From Telmatocola sphagniphila (lineage in GTDB: Bacteria > Planctomycetota > Planctomycetia > Gemmatales > Gemmataceae), in contig NZ_CP074694.1 of NCBI RefSeq assembly GCF_018398935.1, positions 3,570,001 through 3,602,000 on the forward strand: DNA of 32,000 bases. The letters run 5' to 3'. Every line of letters begins with the position of its first letter. Position 1 is the first letter of the stretch. The notes beneath the pieces were generated by a model. It made no database searches, was not told the origin of the DNA, and worked only from the letters and a program-made list of their open reading frames with translations. Positions 24,681-32,000 of this stretch are shown here, in pieces. A program made the translations under genes and the position numbers.

Positions 24681-25910
24681 TTACTTCATGAGTTCTATGC
24701 ACACCAGTTGTTTCTCATCTCGGGCATAGTAGAGACCGGAACTCAAAGCGGCAGCGGCTCGGCAGGTTGTTTGCAGAATCTTCACACGCCCTTTTTCGAG
24801 ATACTCTTTGGAATTCGCTTCAATGAGAACGAGTTCCCCTTTTTCAGTCAGAGCCAAAAGCAGGTTGTCCACACGGATCAAGTTGGCGCAGCCAAAGCCC
24901 GATTTTGCCCACAATAACTTACCGCTGGCCCAATCGATACAGGCCAGTTTCGCCCCGTATTCCTGCCGACCATCAATGCCAATCAGATGGTCATCGAACA
25001 GAATCGGCGTGTTGTAATGGGCCGAAAGCACTTCATCGCTTTTCCAGATCTCACTCGGTGAATCTGCTTTGGTGAGATCGAGTAAAACGGCACCCAACCC
25101 GTAGGACGCCGTCAGGAAAATCTGGTCCCCTTTGACTATTGGGGAAGCGGCACTCACCGAATTTGGATTTCGCGGTCGCCAAGGATGAGAGGCAATAACC
25201 TTACCGTCTCGAGGATCCAGGACGAGTAAGCCGTCCCGAGTGAAAAAAATCGCGCTGTCTTTATTGCGGACCCGAGCTAACACTGGTGAGGAGTAGCTCA
25301 CTTCATCTTGTCCCGATTTCCAGAGTTCTTCTCCGGTTCGGGGCTGAAATGCAACGACACTTGCTCCCTTGGAGCCGACGTTCACCAGAATTTTGCGATT
25401 GGCGAGAATTGGAGAGGTGCCGATTCCGAAGAAGATTTTCTTGGCGGGATAGAGCTTCTGAAGTTCCTTGGACCAGAGTATCTTGCCCGAAGATAGCTCC
25501 CAGCCGGTCAGTTTGCCCTCAGCTCCCAAAGTGACAATGCATTTGTCGTCCAAATCAATGACGGGAGTAGAACGGGGCCCTTCATCAAAGCCAAAAGAAT
25601 CCCGATAGCTCGTCGGATAAGACTCCGACCAGATCTCTTTGCCCGCTTTCGCATCAAGGCAAGTGAGCGTCTCAACATCCCGCACTCGATGGAAGAGATA
25701 GACGCGACCTCCTGCAACGACCGGACTGCTCCAGCCGGCGCCCGTGAGGTAACTCCAGAGCGTTTTCGGAGTTTCAGTCCAGGGAACGATCTTTTCCTTG
25801 GAAACGCCAGATAAGAGCGGCCCCTGAAATTGAGGCCAATCTTCGGCGAAGAGAGTTGGAGAGAAAAATAAGAGATACAGTCCGGCGATTACGAACTGCC
25901 GATGTGCCAT
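24681..25910 (-). CDS. Secreted PQQ-like (BamB-like) beta-propeller repeat protein
   Basis: The signal peptide is 'MAHRQFVIAGLYLLFFSPTLFAEDW'. Repeated blades of the type '...G.V..LD..TGK..W...' occur ('LTCLDAKAGKEIWS', 'LTGWELSSGKILWS', 'VVAFQPRTGEELWK', 'LACIDWASGKLLWA'). Confidence 0.8.
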   Translation of the reverse strand: MAHRQFVIAGLYLLFFSPTLFAEDWPQFQGPLLSGVSKEKIVPWTETPKTLWSYLTGAGWSSPVVAGGRVYLFHRVRDVETLTCLDAKAGKEIWSESYPTSYRDSFGFDEGPRSTPVIDLDDKCIVTLGAEGKLTGWELSSGKILWSKELQKLYPAKKIFFGIGTSPILANRKILVNVGSKGASVVAFQPRTGEELWKSGQDEVSYSSPVLARVRNKDSAIFFTRDGLLVLDPRDGKVIASHPWRPRNPNSVSAASPIVKGDQIFLTASYGLGAVLLDLTKADSPSEIWKSDEVLSAHYNTPILFDDHLIGIDGRQEYGAKLACIDWASGKLLWAKSGFGCANLIRVDNLLLALTEKGELVLIEANSKEYLEKGRVKILQTTCRAAAALSSGLYYARDEKQLVCIELMK

Positions 25911-25924
25911 GGAGATTTTCTCGC

Positions 25925-26398
25925 TCAGAGGACCGGAAGAGATTGGGAGTGTTCGTGCAGATACACTTCGACGCCGAATTCGTCGATGAAATCGAGTTCG
26001 GATTCCAGACGTTCGATTTGATCTTCGGAATCGAGTACGGACGATTCCATGAGTTCGTAGGTCTCCCAGTCCTCACAGCGGCGGGAGAGTATCAGAAGTT
26101 TCTGATAACTTCGCAGGTTAGCTCGTTCGATAGCGAGATTGGATTCTAATATTCCCTGGATGGAATGGGAATGTACCGGCGCCCGCGAGGAATTCGCCGT
26201 TTGCAGATTGCGAATACGATTGGCCAGTTTTTCTGCAAGGATCTGTTCGCCATCGACCGACTGTTGCTGGAAATCGCCGAGTTGATTCAGGCCGAGTTTC
26301 TGGCAAAGTTGCGAGAGCGCAGAGTATTGCTGGGCCGCTCGATGCGAAACATCCAGCGTGTTCATCAATCCTTCGAGTATCTCGGTGTGGTCCGTCAT
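25925..26398 (-). CDS. Bacterioferritin-like four-helix-bundle protein with an apparently degenerate di-iron site
   Basis: 157 aa, the same length as Bfr. It aligns by eye with E. coli Bfr along its length ('QQY', 'LGL..L', 'SNLAIE', 'IERLESELDFIDEFGVEVYL' vs '[20 protein letters not shown]'). Several metal and heme ligand positions appear substituted. Confidence 0.55.
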   Translation of the reverse strand: MTDHTEILEGLMNTLDVSHRAAQQYSALSQLCQKLGLNQLGDFQQQSVDGEQILAEKLANRIRNLQTANSSRAPVHSHSIQGILESNLAIERANLRSYQKLLILSRRCEDWETYELMESSVLDSEDQIERLESELDFIDEFGVEVYLHEHSQSLPVL

Positions 26399-26531
26399 GA
26401 TGTCGTCTCAATCTTCGCAGCACAACATCTCTATTGTAACAATCCCGGCAAGCAAAGTCCCCCCGGACTATTGCCTAGTACCGATTTCTGTTGGATAATC
26501 TCAAAAGAAATCCTGTCGCACGAGTTGAACG

Positions 26532-27524
26532 ATGATTGAGTACCGATCGTTTCGAAACACAGATCCGCCGGGCATTACGGAGGTCTGGAACAGTGCGTTC
26601 AGCGGCCGGGGTGCCTACCCTATTCGAAATGCCAGCGTTTTCGACGAAACGATCTTCAACAAAATCTATTTCGATCCGCAGGGTCTGATCGTTGCGGTGG
26701 AAGAGGGTTTCACGCTCGGCTTCGTGCATGCCGGGTTCAGTACAAATGCCTCGCAATCGGGCTTGGATCACAAAAAAGGTGTCATTTGTGCGGTAGCCGT
26801 GAAAAATGGTTTTCTCCGACTGGGTATCGGACGAGAACTGATCCGAAGAGCTGAAGCCTACCTTTGTGCCAATGGCGCCGAGACGATTGTCGCCGGCGGC
26901 ATGAAACCGAATAATCCCTTCTATTTCGGCATTTACGGAGGTAGCGATTCCCCGGGTTTCCTGCTCAGCGATACCGCCGCGGAACCTTTCTTTCAGACGA
27001 ATGGCTACAAACCCCTGCAGCGTTGCATCATCATCCACCGGGACTTGGAAGCTCCGATGCAACTGGCCGATCCGCGCTTTACCTTTTTCAAACGCCGCCT
27101 CGAATTCGAGGTCGTGCCCCGCATGAAGGCCGAAACCTGGTGGCAGGTCTGTAAATGGGGGGAAATGGAACCGGTCGAATGCCGACTGGTCGAAAAGGAC
27201 ACGGACACAGTGATCGCGCGGGCCTATTACTGGGAAATGGTGGAATTCGGTCGCAAGTGGGAAGCGCCGGCGGTCGGCTTACTGGATCTGGAGGTGAATG
27301 AAGGCTTACGAGGCCAGGGTCTGGGCAAGTACTTGCTTTATCAGGTGTTGCGGCATCTGCAGGAGCAGTTTTTCCGGATCGTCGAAATGCAGGTGATCGA
27401 CACGAATGTCTCCGCTCTGCATATGTTTGAAAAGCTCGGCTTCGAATGTGTGGACGAAGGGTACAGCTACGAGAAAGTCGTGGAGCCTACGAATCCCAGC
27501 TCATCTTCACCCACTTCGGCTTGA
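26532..27524 (+). CDS. Tandem GNAT-domain N-acetyltransferase
   Basis: 330 aa with two acetyl-CoA-binding-like motifs: 'RLGIGRELIRRAEAYL' (first half) and 'RGQGLGKYLLYQVLRHL' (second half, Q/RxxGxG type). The two-GNAT architecture recalls MshD-like enzymes. The substrate is unknown. Confidence 0.75.
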   Translation: MIEYRSFRNTDPPGITEVWNSAFSGRGAYPIRNASVFDETIFNKIYFDPQGLIVAVEEGFTLGFVHAGFSTNASQSGLDHKKGVICAVAVKNGFLRLGIGRELIRRAEAYLCANGAETIVAGGMKPNNPFYFGIYGGSDSPGFLLSDTAAEPFFQTNGYKPLQRCIIIHRDLEAPMQLADPRFTFFKRRLEFEVVPRMKAETWWQVCKWGEMEPVECRLVEKDTDTVIARAYYWEMVEFGRKWEAPAVGLLDLEVNEGLRGQGLGKYLLYQVLRHLQEQFFRIVEMQVIDTNVSALHMFEKLGFECVDEGYSYEKVVEPTNPSSSSPTSA

Positions 27525-28815
27525 AACCTTCTTCTTTCTGCCGGGTCTGATTGAAGGGCTTGGCGATCAGCATCAATGCCCGCAGCCGATCGCGAAAAGC
27601 CGCTACGAGATCCTGCTCTTTTGCGAAATGATCCGCAGATTTGGACAGCTTATTGTAAAGTGCCCAGTCGAGGGGTCGATCCTTCACCTGTTCGAAGACA
27701 GAATCCTGGAGTTCCTTAAATATTGCAAGCAGTTCTTCGTCTACCGTGGCGGGGTACTCCCGGTAAATGTTCAATTTTCGAGGCTTGTCGTCCTTGTCCG
27801 ATTTTTTTTTCTTTCGCGATTCCAGGAACAGTAGTACACCGCCGGAGATTAAAGCAATGAGCGACAATGTGAAGAATATCGTTTGACCGAAAACATTATT
27901 GACCATGGTCAGAATAAATCCGGTTGCAAACAGAAGGCCCAAAAGCAGGCAGGTAATCGGCCAGGGAACAATGCGGCCCCAGGCATCGCGAGCATTTTTC
28001 AGAGATTTGACAAAAGATTTTTTATTCTTGTTCGGGTTGTCGACCAAGGAAGAAGTCGCATCGCCGACACGGACGACGACTGCGGAGACGTTGTCCGGGC
28101 CGCCGCGCAGATTGGCCAGTTCGATCAGGATTCTGGCCGCTTCCTGGGGTGGAAAATTCGACGCGATCGCTCCGATTTCCTCCGGCAGCACCGGGTTGCT
28201 CAGACCGTCGCTGCAAATCACGAAGGTATCCCCTTCGTGCAGCGGGTGCGGTCCTTCGACATCCACCTGTACCAGAACATCAGGCCCGAGTGAGCGGATG
28301 ATCACGTTTTTGCGAACATCCTCCAGTTCTTCGGGCGAGACCCCCATTCGGCGGGCCATTTCCCAGACGTAGCTATGGTCGAAAGTGAGTTGCTCGATCT
28401 GCCCATCGCGAACGCGATAAATCCGACTATCGCCGACATGACCAATCCAGGCCCCCTCTTCGCGCATCACCAGAACCGAGGCCGTCGTGCCCATGCCCCG
28501 GAATTCCGGATTTTCCTGCCCGATTGCGTAGATGCCATGATTCGCTTCCTGGAAGGATTTGCGAATAGCGGAGATAGGCCCCTCATTGGCGACATACTTC
28601 AGATAAGCCAGCGGGATATCCTGGACCGCTTTAGCACTGGCTTTCTCGCCGACCGCATGACCGCCCATACCGTCGGCCACTATGAGAATATGGCCTTCCT
28701 TTTTCCAACGCGCGCGGTCGGGAGCTTTCTGGATGGCAAAGGCATCCTGATTGTGGCTCCTCCGGATCCCCACATCAGTCATACCAGCATGTTCAATCTG
28801 ATCGAAAAGGGGCAC
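27487..28815 (-). CDS. PP2C-family Ser/Thr protein phosphatase with two TM segments and a ~110-aa C-terminal tail
   Basis: PP2C motifs are 'TDVGIRRSHNQDAF', 'VADGMGGHAVGEKAS', 'GDTFVICSDGL', and 'GGPDNVSAVVV'. A hydrophobic region 'IVPWPITCLLLGLLFATGFIL...IFFTLSLIALISGGVLLFL' follows, then a charged tail. The start is GTG at 28815, with an alternative ATG at 28782. Confidence 0.9.
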   Translation of the reverse strand: MPLFDQIEHAGMTDVGIRRSHNQDAFAIQKAPDRARWKKEGHILIVADGMGGHAVGEKASAKAVQDIPLAYLKYVANEGPISAIRKSFQEANHGIYAIGQENPEFRGMGTTASVLVMREEGAWIGHVGDSRIYRVRDGQIEQLTFDHSYVWEMARRMGVSPEELEDVRKNVIIRSLGPDVLVQVDVEGPHPLHEGDTFVICSDGLSNPVLPEEIGAIASNFPPQEAARILIELANLRGGPDNVSAVVVRVGDATSSLVDNPNKNKKSFVKSLKNARDAWGRIVPWPITCLLLGLLFATGFILTMVNNVFGQTIFFTLSLIALISGGVLLFLESRKKKKSDKDDKPRKLNIYREYPATVDEELLAIFKELQDSVFEQVKDRPLDWALYNKLSKSADHFAKEQDLVAAFRDRLRALMLIAKPFNQTRQKEEGFKPKWVKMSWDS

Positions 28816-28863
28816 GCAGTATTTCCATTCCGTAATGAGGCGCAGGCATTATTGATAAAATCA

Positions 28864-28925
28864 TTACCACCAAAACAATCGACAAAGTCGACGCACTAGT
28901 CTATTTCTTTAGTTTACCACCAAAA
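28864..28925. repeat. Two copies of the 12-mer TTACCACCAAAA spaced 50 bp apart, upstream of the PP2C gene
   Basis: The copies lie at 28864-28875 and 28914-28925, read directly. The region between them contains TCGACAAAGTCGAC. Confidence 0.6.
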
Positions 28926-28926
28926 T

Positions 28927-29670
28927 CTACTTCTTCCCCTTTACAAAAAAGATAATGTGTTGCCAGGGCAGGACATCCGATGTGGACTCGTGCTTTAATT
29001 CCTTAAATTCCGCCATTTCTTTGATCACCTGCTTCTGCGTCATTTTGTGAACGAGTTTGATCGGCACATTTTCGTCCTCCTTACGAAATTCCACGAAGAC
29101 CAGTTTCCCACCCGGTTTCAGGGCCTCCACCATCTTCTGGGTCATTTCATAGGGGTGCTCGAATTCATGATAAACATCAACTAATAAAATGAGATCGACC
29201 GTATTGGCCGTCAGTTTCGGATCTTTTTCTGCTCCCAGCACCAATTCGATATTTTTGACTCCCTGCCCTTTCGCTTTATCCCGAATCAAGTCCAACATTT
29301 CCTGCTGGATATCGACCGCCAGCACTTTGCCTTTTTCACCGACCAGCTTGCTCATGCGAAAGCTGTAAAAACCGCTGCCAGCCCCAATATCGGCCACCAC
29401 CATGCCCTCTTTGATGTTCAGGGCTTTCAGAAGTTTCGCCGGCTGCTCCTCTTCTTCGCGTTCTTTACGTTCGAGCCAACCGGCTGCCGCATGCCCCATT
29501 ACGTGGGCAATCTCCCGATCCATGTAGAACTTGCCGATGCCGTTCGGATCGTGCCGGGAACGCCATTCGTAGCGTTCCTGGGATTTTTCTTCCTTATTTT
29601 TTTTGTCGTCCTGAGCGAGGCTGAGTGAGGGAAAAATCAGGCCAAGCATCAGAACTGTGGCAATTCGCAT
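28927..29670 (-). CDS. Secreted class I SAM-dependent methyltransferase
   Basis: The SAM-binding motif I is 'VADIGAGSGFYS', and 'GKLVFVEF' follows. The start is chosen at the ATG at 29670, giving the signal peptide 'MRIATVLMLGLIFPSLSLAQ'. The track ORF extends to 29799 with a non-signal-like extension. Confidence 0.8.
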   Translation of the reverse strand: MRIATVLMLGLIFPSLSLAQDDKKNKEEKSQERYEWRSRHDPNGIGKFYMDREIAHVMGHAAAGWLERKEREEEEQPAKLLKALNIKEGMVVADIGAGSGFYSFRMSKLVGEKGKVLAVDIQQEMLDLIRDKAKGQGVKNIELVLGAEKDPKLTANTVDLILLVDVYHEFEHPYEMTQKMVEALKPGGKLVFVEFRKEDENVPIKLVHKMTQKQVIKEMAEFKELKHESTSDVLPWQHIIFFVKGKK

Positions 29671-29776
29671 GTCGACCGCCTTATGATAGAAATAGACTGG
29701 GTTTACGATTCGCATGGAAATCTCATAATAACAGAACCAACCGACGGTTTTTACAAAATTTCGAGCAACTGACCTT

Positions 29777-30595
29777 ATGTCGAGCGCTGCACCAACCAAA
29801 CGCGATCAGGCTCCTAATACTCTCCCGCACGGTAAAGGCTTGCTCAACTGGTTGAGCCCCTTAGTCTCTTCCACGGTGGGCATGAAAATCATCGTGGCCC
29901 TGACGGGGATCGGGTTGATCGGCTTCGTCATCGGTCACATGATCGGCCACCTCAAGATGTTCGCCGGGCAGGAAGCGTATAATAATTATGCGAAGTTCCT
30001 GAAGGACCTCGGTCCATTACTTTGGATCGCGCGCGGCGGTTTGTTGGCAATCTTCGTAATTCACATATTGCTGACGCTTCGGCTTCGAGCCCGGGCCAAA
30101 GCTGCTCGCCCGGTGAATTATTTGTATGTTCAGACGGTTCAGGCGAGCCCGGCGTCCCGCTTCATGATGTACGCCGGCCTGGCTATCCTCGCTTTCGTGA
30201 TTTTCCACATCGCTCACTTCACGCTGGGCTACCTTGTCGGTGCTCAGGCCCTGGATCGCAGCACCGGCAAATACGTTCTGGCGAATTACCTGGACCTGCG
30301 AGACGCCGCAGGACGGCACGACGTTTACTCCGCTATGATTTCCGGGCTTTCCAATCCGATCCTGGCGATTATTTATTTGGCCGCCATGGGCATGCTGTTC
30401 ATGCACCTGACGCACGGTTCCTTCAGCCTGTTCCAAACCTTGGGGCTGAATACGCCTCGAACCGATCGCTTTTTAAAGATCGCCGCTCGGCTGTTAGCGA
30501 TCGTGGTGACTCTCGGTTATTCCCTGGTGGTAATCGCGGTCTGGTCGGGCTGGTTGAAACCGGCTGCGACTTTCCTTGCCGTTAGCAACGACTAA
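29777..30595 (+). CDS. sdhC: Succinate dehydrogenase / fumarate reductase cytochrome b subunit (b558 family)
   Basis: It is a polytopic membrane protein with conserved His-containing helices ('GFVIGHMIGHLKMF', 'AIFVIHILL', 'AFVIFHIAHF', 'GMLFMHLTHG'). It lies immediately upstream of sdhA. Confidence 0.8.
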   Translation: MSSAAPTKRDQAPNTLPHGKGLLNWLSPLVSSTVGMKIIVALTGIGLIGFVIGHMIGHLKMFAGQEAYNNYAKFLKDLGPLLWIARGGLLAIFVIHILLTLRLRARAKAARPVNYLYVQTVQASPASRFMMYAGLAILAFVIFHIAHFTLGYLVGAQALDRSTGKYVLANYLDLRDAAGRHDVYSAMISGLSNPILAIIYLAAMGMLFMHLTHGSFSLFQTLGLNTPRTDRFLKIAARLLAIVVTLGYSLVVIAVWSGWLKPAATFLAVSND

Positions 30596-30640
30596 TAACC
30601 CAACCGAACACAAAGAAGCCCTCAGCTTCCAGAGATTATT

Positions 30641-32000
30641 ATGATTCAACTCGAATCCCATATACCATCGGGTCCATTGGCCGGAAAGTGGACCAAGTAC
30701 AAGGCCGACCAGAAGTTGGTGAACCCCGCCAACAAACGGAAATACTCCGTGATCGTCGTCGGCACCGGTTTGGCGGGCGGGGCGGCGGCGGCAACCTTGG
30801 CCGAACTTGGCTACAACGTCGATTCTTTCTGCTACCAGGACAGCCCCCGTCGGGCACATAGCATTGCCGCTCAAGGCGGCATCAACGCAGCCAAGAACTA
30901 TCAGAACGACGGCGACAGCATTTATCGGCTCTTCTACGACACGATCAAAGGGGGCGATTACCGCGCTCGCGAAGCTAATGTGCATCGCCTGGCCGAAGTG
31001 TCGGTGAACATCATCGATCAATGCGTGGCTCAGGGCGTACCTTTCGCACGCGAATACGGCGGCCTACTCGCTAACCGTTCCTTCGGGGGAGCCCAGGTCT
31101 CACGAACCTTCTACTGCCGGGGACAGACCGGCCAGCAACTGCTCCTGGGGGCTTATCAGGCTCTTTCGCGCCAGATTTACAACGGCAAAGTCAAGATGCA
31201 TCCTCGCACGGAGTTTCTCGATCTGGTCGTGATCGACGGCCGGGCTCGCGGAATTGTCGTTCGCGATATGACGACCGGCAAGATTGAAAGCTATAGCGCT
31301 GATGCCGTGCTGCTGGCCACTGGTGGTTATTGCAACACCTACTTCCTGTCGACAAACGCCGCTGGTTGCAACGTTTCCGCCACCTACCGGGCCTACAAAC
31401 GCGGGGCGACCTTTGCCAACCCGTGCTACACACAAATTCACCCGACTTGTATTCCCGTTTCGGGAGAACATCAGTCGAAATTGACTTTGATGAGCGAATC
31501 GCTCCGAAACGATGGACGCGTCTGGGTGCCAAAGAACGCCAGTGACATTGGTAAACACCCCAATTCCATTTCCGAAAGCGACCGGGATTATTACCTGGAA
31601 CGGATTTACCCGAGCTACGGGAACCTTGCCCCGCGCGACATTGCCAGTCGGCAATCCAAGAAAGCTTGCGACGATGGCCGGGGGGTTGGGCCAGGCGGCC
31701 GTGGAGTTTATCTTGATTTCGCAGCCGCCATCAAGCGGGATGGGCTCAGCAAGATTCAGGAAAAATATGGCAACTTGTTCGACATGTACGAACGGATTAC
31801 CGGCGAAAGCGGTTACAAACAGCCGATGCGGATTTATCCCGCCCTGCACTACACCATGGGTGGTCTCTGGGTCGATTACAACCTGATGTCGAACTTGCCC
31901 GGCCTGTTCGTACTGGGAGAAGCCAATTTCTCGGATCACGGGGCCAATCGACTTGGAGCTTCGGCGCTGATGCAAGGCCTGGCCGATGGCTACTTCATCA
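30641..32000 (+). CDS. sdhA: Succinate dehydrogenase / fumarate reductase flavoprotein subunit, 5' part (runs off the window end)
   Basis: This gene is absent from the ORF track because it has no stop in the window. My own translation from the ATG at 30641 gives '[21 protein letters not shown]...[24 protein letters not shown]...[21 protein letters not shown]...[15 protein letters not shown]...[11 protein letters not shown]...[20 protein letters not shown]'. These are the FAD-binding and catalytic signatures of Bacillus-type SdhA. Confidence 0.95.
   Translation, partial: MIQLESHIPSGPLAGKWTKYKADQKLVNPANKRKYSVIVVGTGLAGGAAAATLAELGYNVDSFCYQDSPRRAHSIAAQGGINAAKNYQNDGDSIYRLFYDTIKGGDYRAREANVHRLAEVSVNIIDQCVAQGVPFAREYGGLLANRSFGGAQVSRTFYCRGQTGQQLLLGAYQALSRQIYNGKVKMHPRTEFLDLVVIDGRARGIVVRDMTTGKIESYSADAVLLATGGYCNTYFLSTNAAGCNVSATYRAYKRGATFANPCYTQIHPTCIPVSGEHQSKLTLMSESLRNDGRVWVPKNASDIGKHPNSISESDRDYYLERIYPSYGNLAPRDIASRQSKKACDDGRGVGPGGRGVYLDFAAAIKRDGLSKIQEKYGNLFDMYERITGESGYKQPMRIYPALHYTMGGLWVDYNLMSNLPGLFVLGEANFSDHGANRLGASALMQGLADGYFI

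Noticed and set aside
29671-29799. Longer version of the methyltransferase ORF (start at 29799), which would overlap the sdhC start region.
   Set aside because: The extension ('MVGAALDIRSVARNFVKTVGWFCYYEIS...') does not look like a signal or domain. The internal ATG at 29670 yields a clean signal peptide. The same logic was applied to the TTG-extended Sel1 (10676) and cas2 (6326) ORFs.
30494-31975. Large minus-strand ORFs (175 aa at 30494-31021; 291 aa at 31100-31975) and several plus-strand off-frame ORFs.
   Set aside because: They lie antisense or off-frame within the strongly recognisable sdhA reading frame, which the track omits because it has no stop in the window. Their composition is low-complexity and Arg/Gly/Pro-rich, typical of shadow ORFs.

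Overview
This looks like a chromosomal segment from a Planctomycetota-type genome. The evidence is a DUF1559 'H-X9-DG' protein, a DUF1501 + PSCyt/DUF1549/DUF1553 gene pair, and three ECF-type sigma factor genes. Positions 1-10363 hold a complete type I-G (formerly I-U) CRISPR-Cas locus. It runs: 3' end of cas3 (C-terminal HD domain), a short 270-aa protein in the Cas8 slot, csb1/cas7g, csb2 (cas5-cas6 fusion), a cas4-cas1 fusion, cas2, an AT-rich leader with a near-consensus promoter, then an array of 48 identical 36-bp repeats and 47 unique 35-39-nt spacers. The remaining ~21 kb is mostly ordinary planctomycete cargo: a Sel1-repeat protein, ECF/anti-sigma pair, MFS transporter, GT4 glycosyltransferase, PQQ-like beta-propeller, bacterioferritin-like protein, tandem GNAT, membrane PP2C phosphatase, SAM methyltransferase, and sdhC plus the 5' part of sdhA. 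I found no convincing wholly new multi-gene system. The best candidates for follow-up are inside the CRISPR-Cas locus (the short Cas8-slot protein, a C-terminal add-on domain on Cas7, and a heptamer tract splitting cas1 from cas2) and two unusual domain fusions (an internal DUF1559, and an ECF sigma fused to a TM segment and tandem periplasmic modules). All functional calls rest on reading the provided translations for remembered family motifs. No searches were run.
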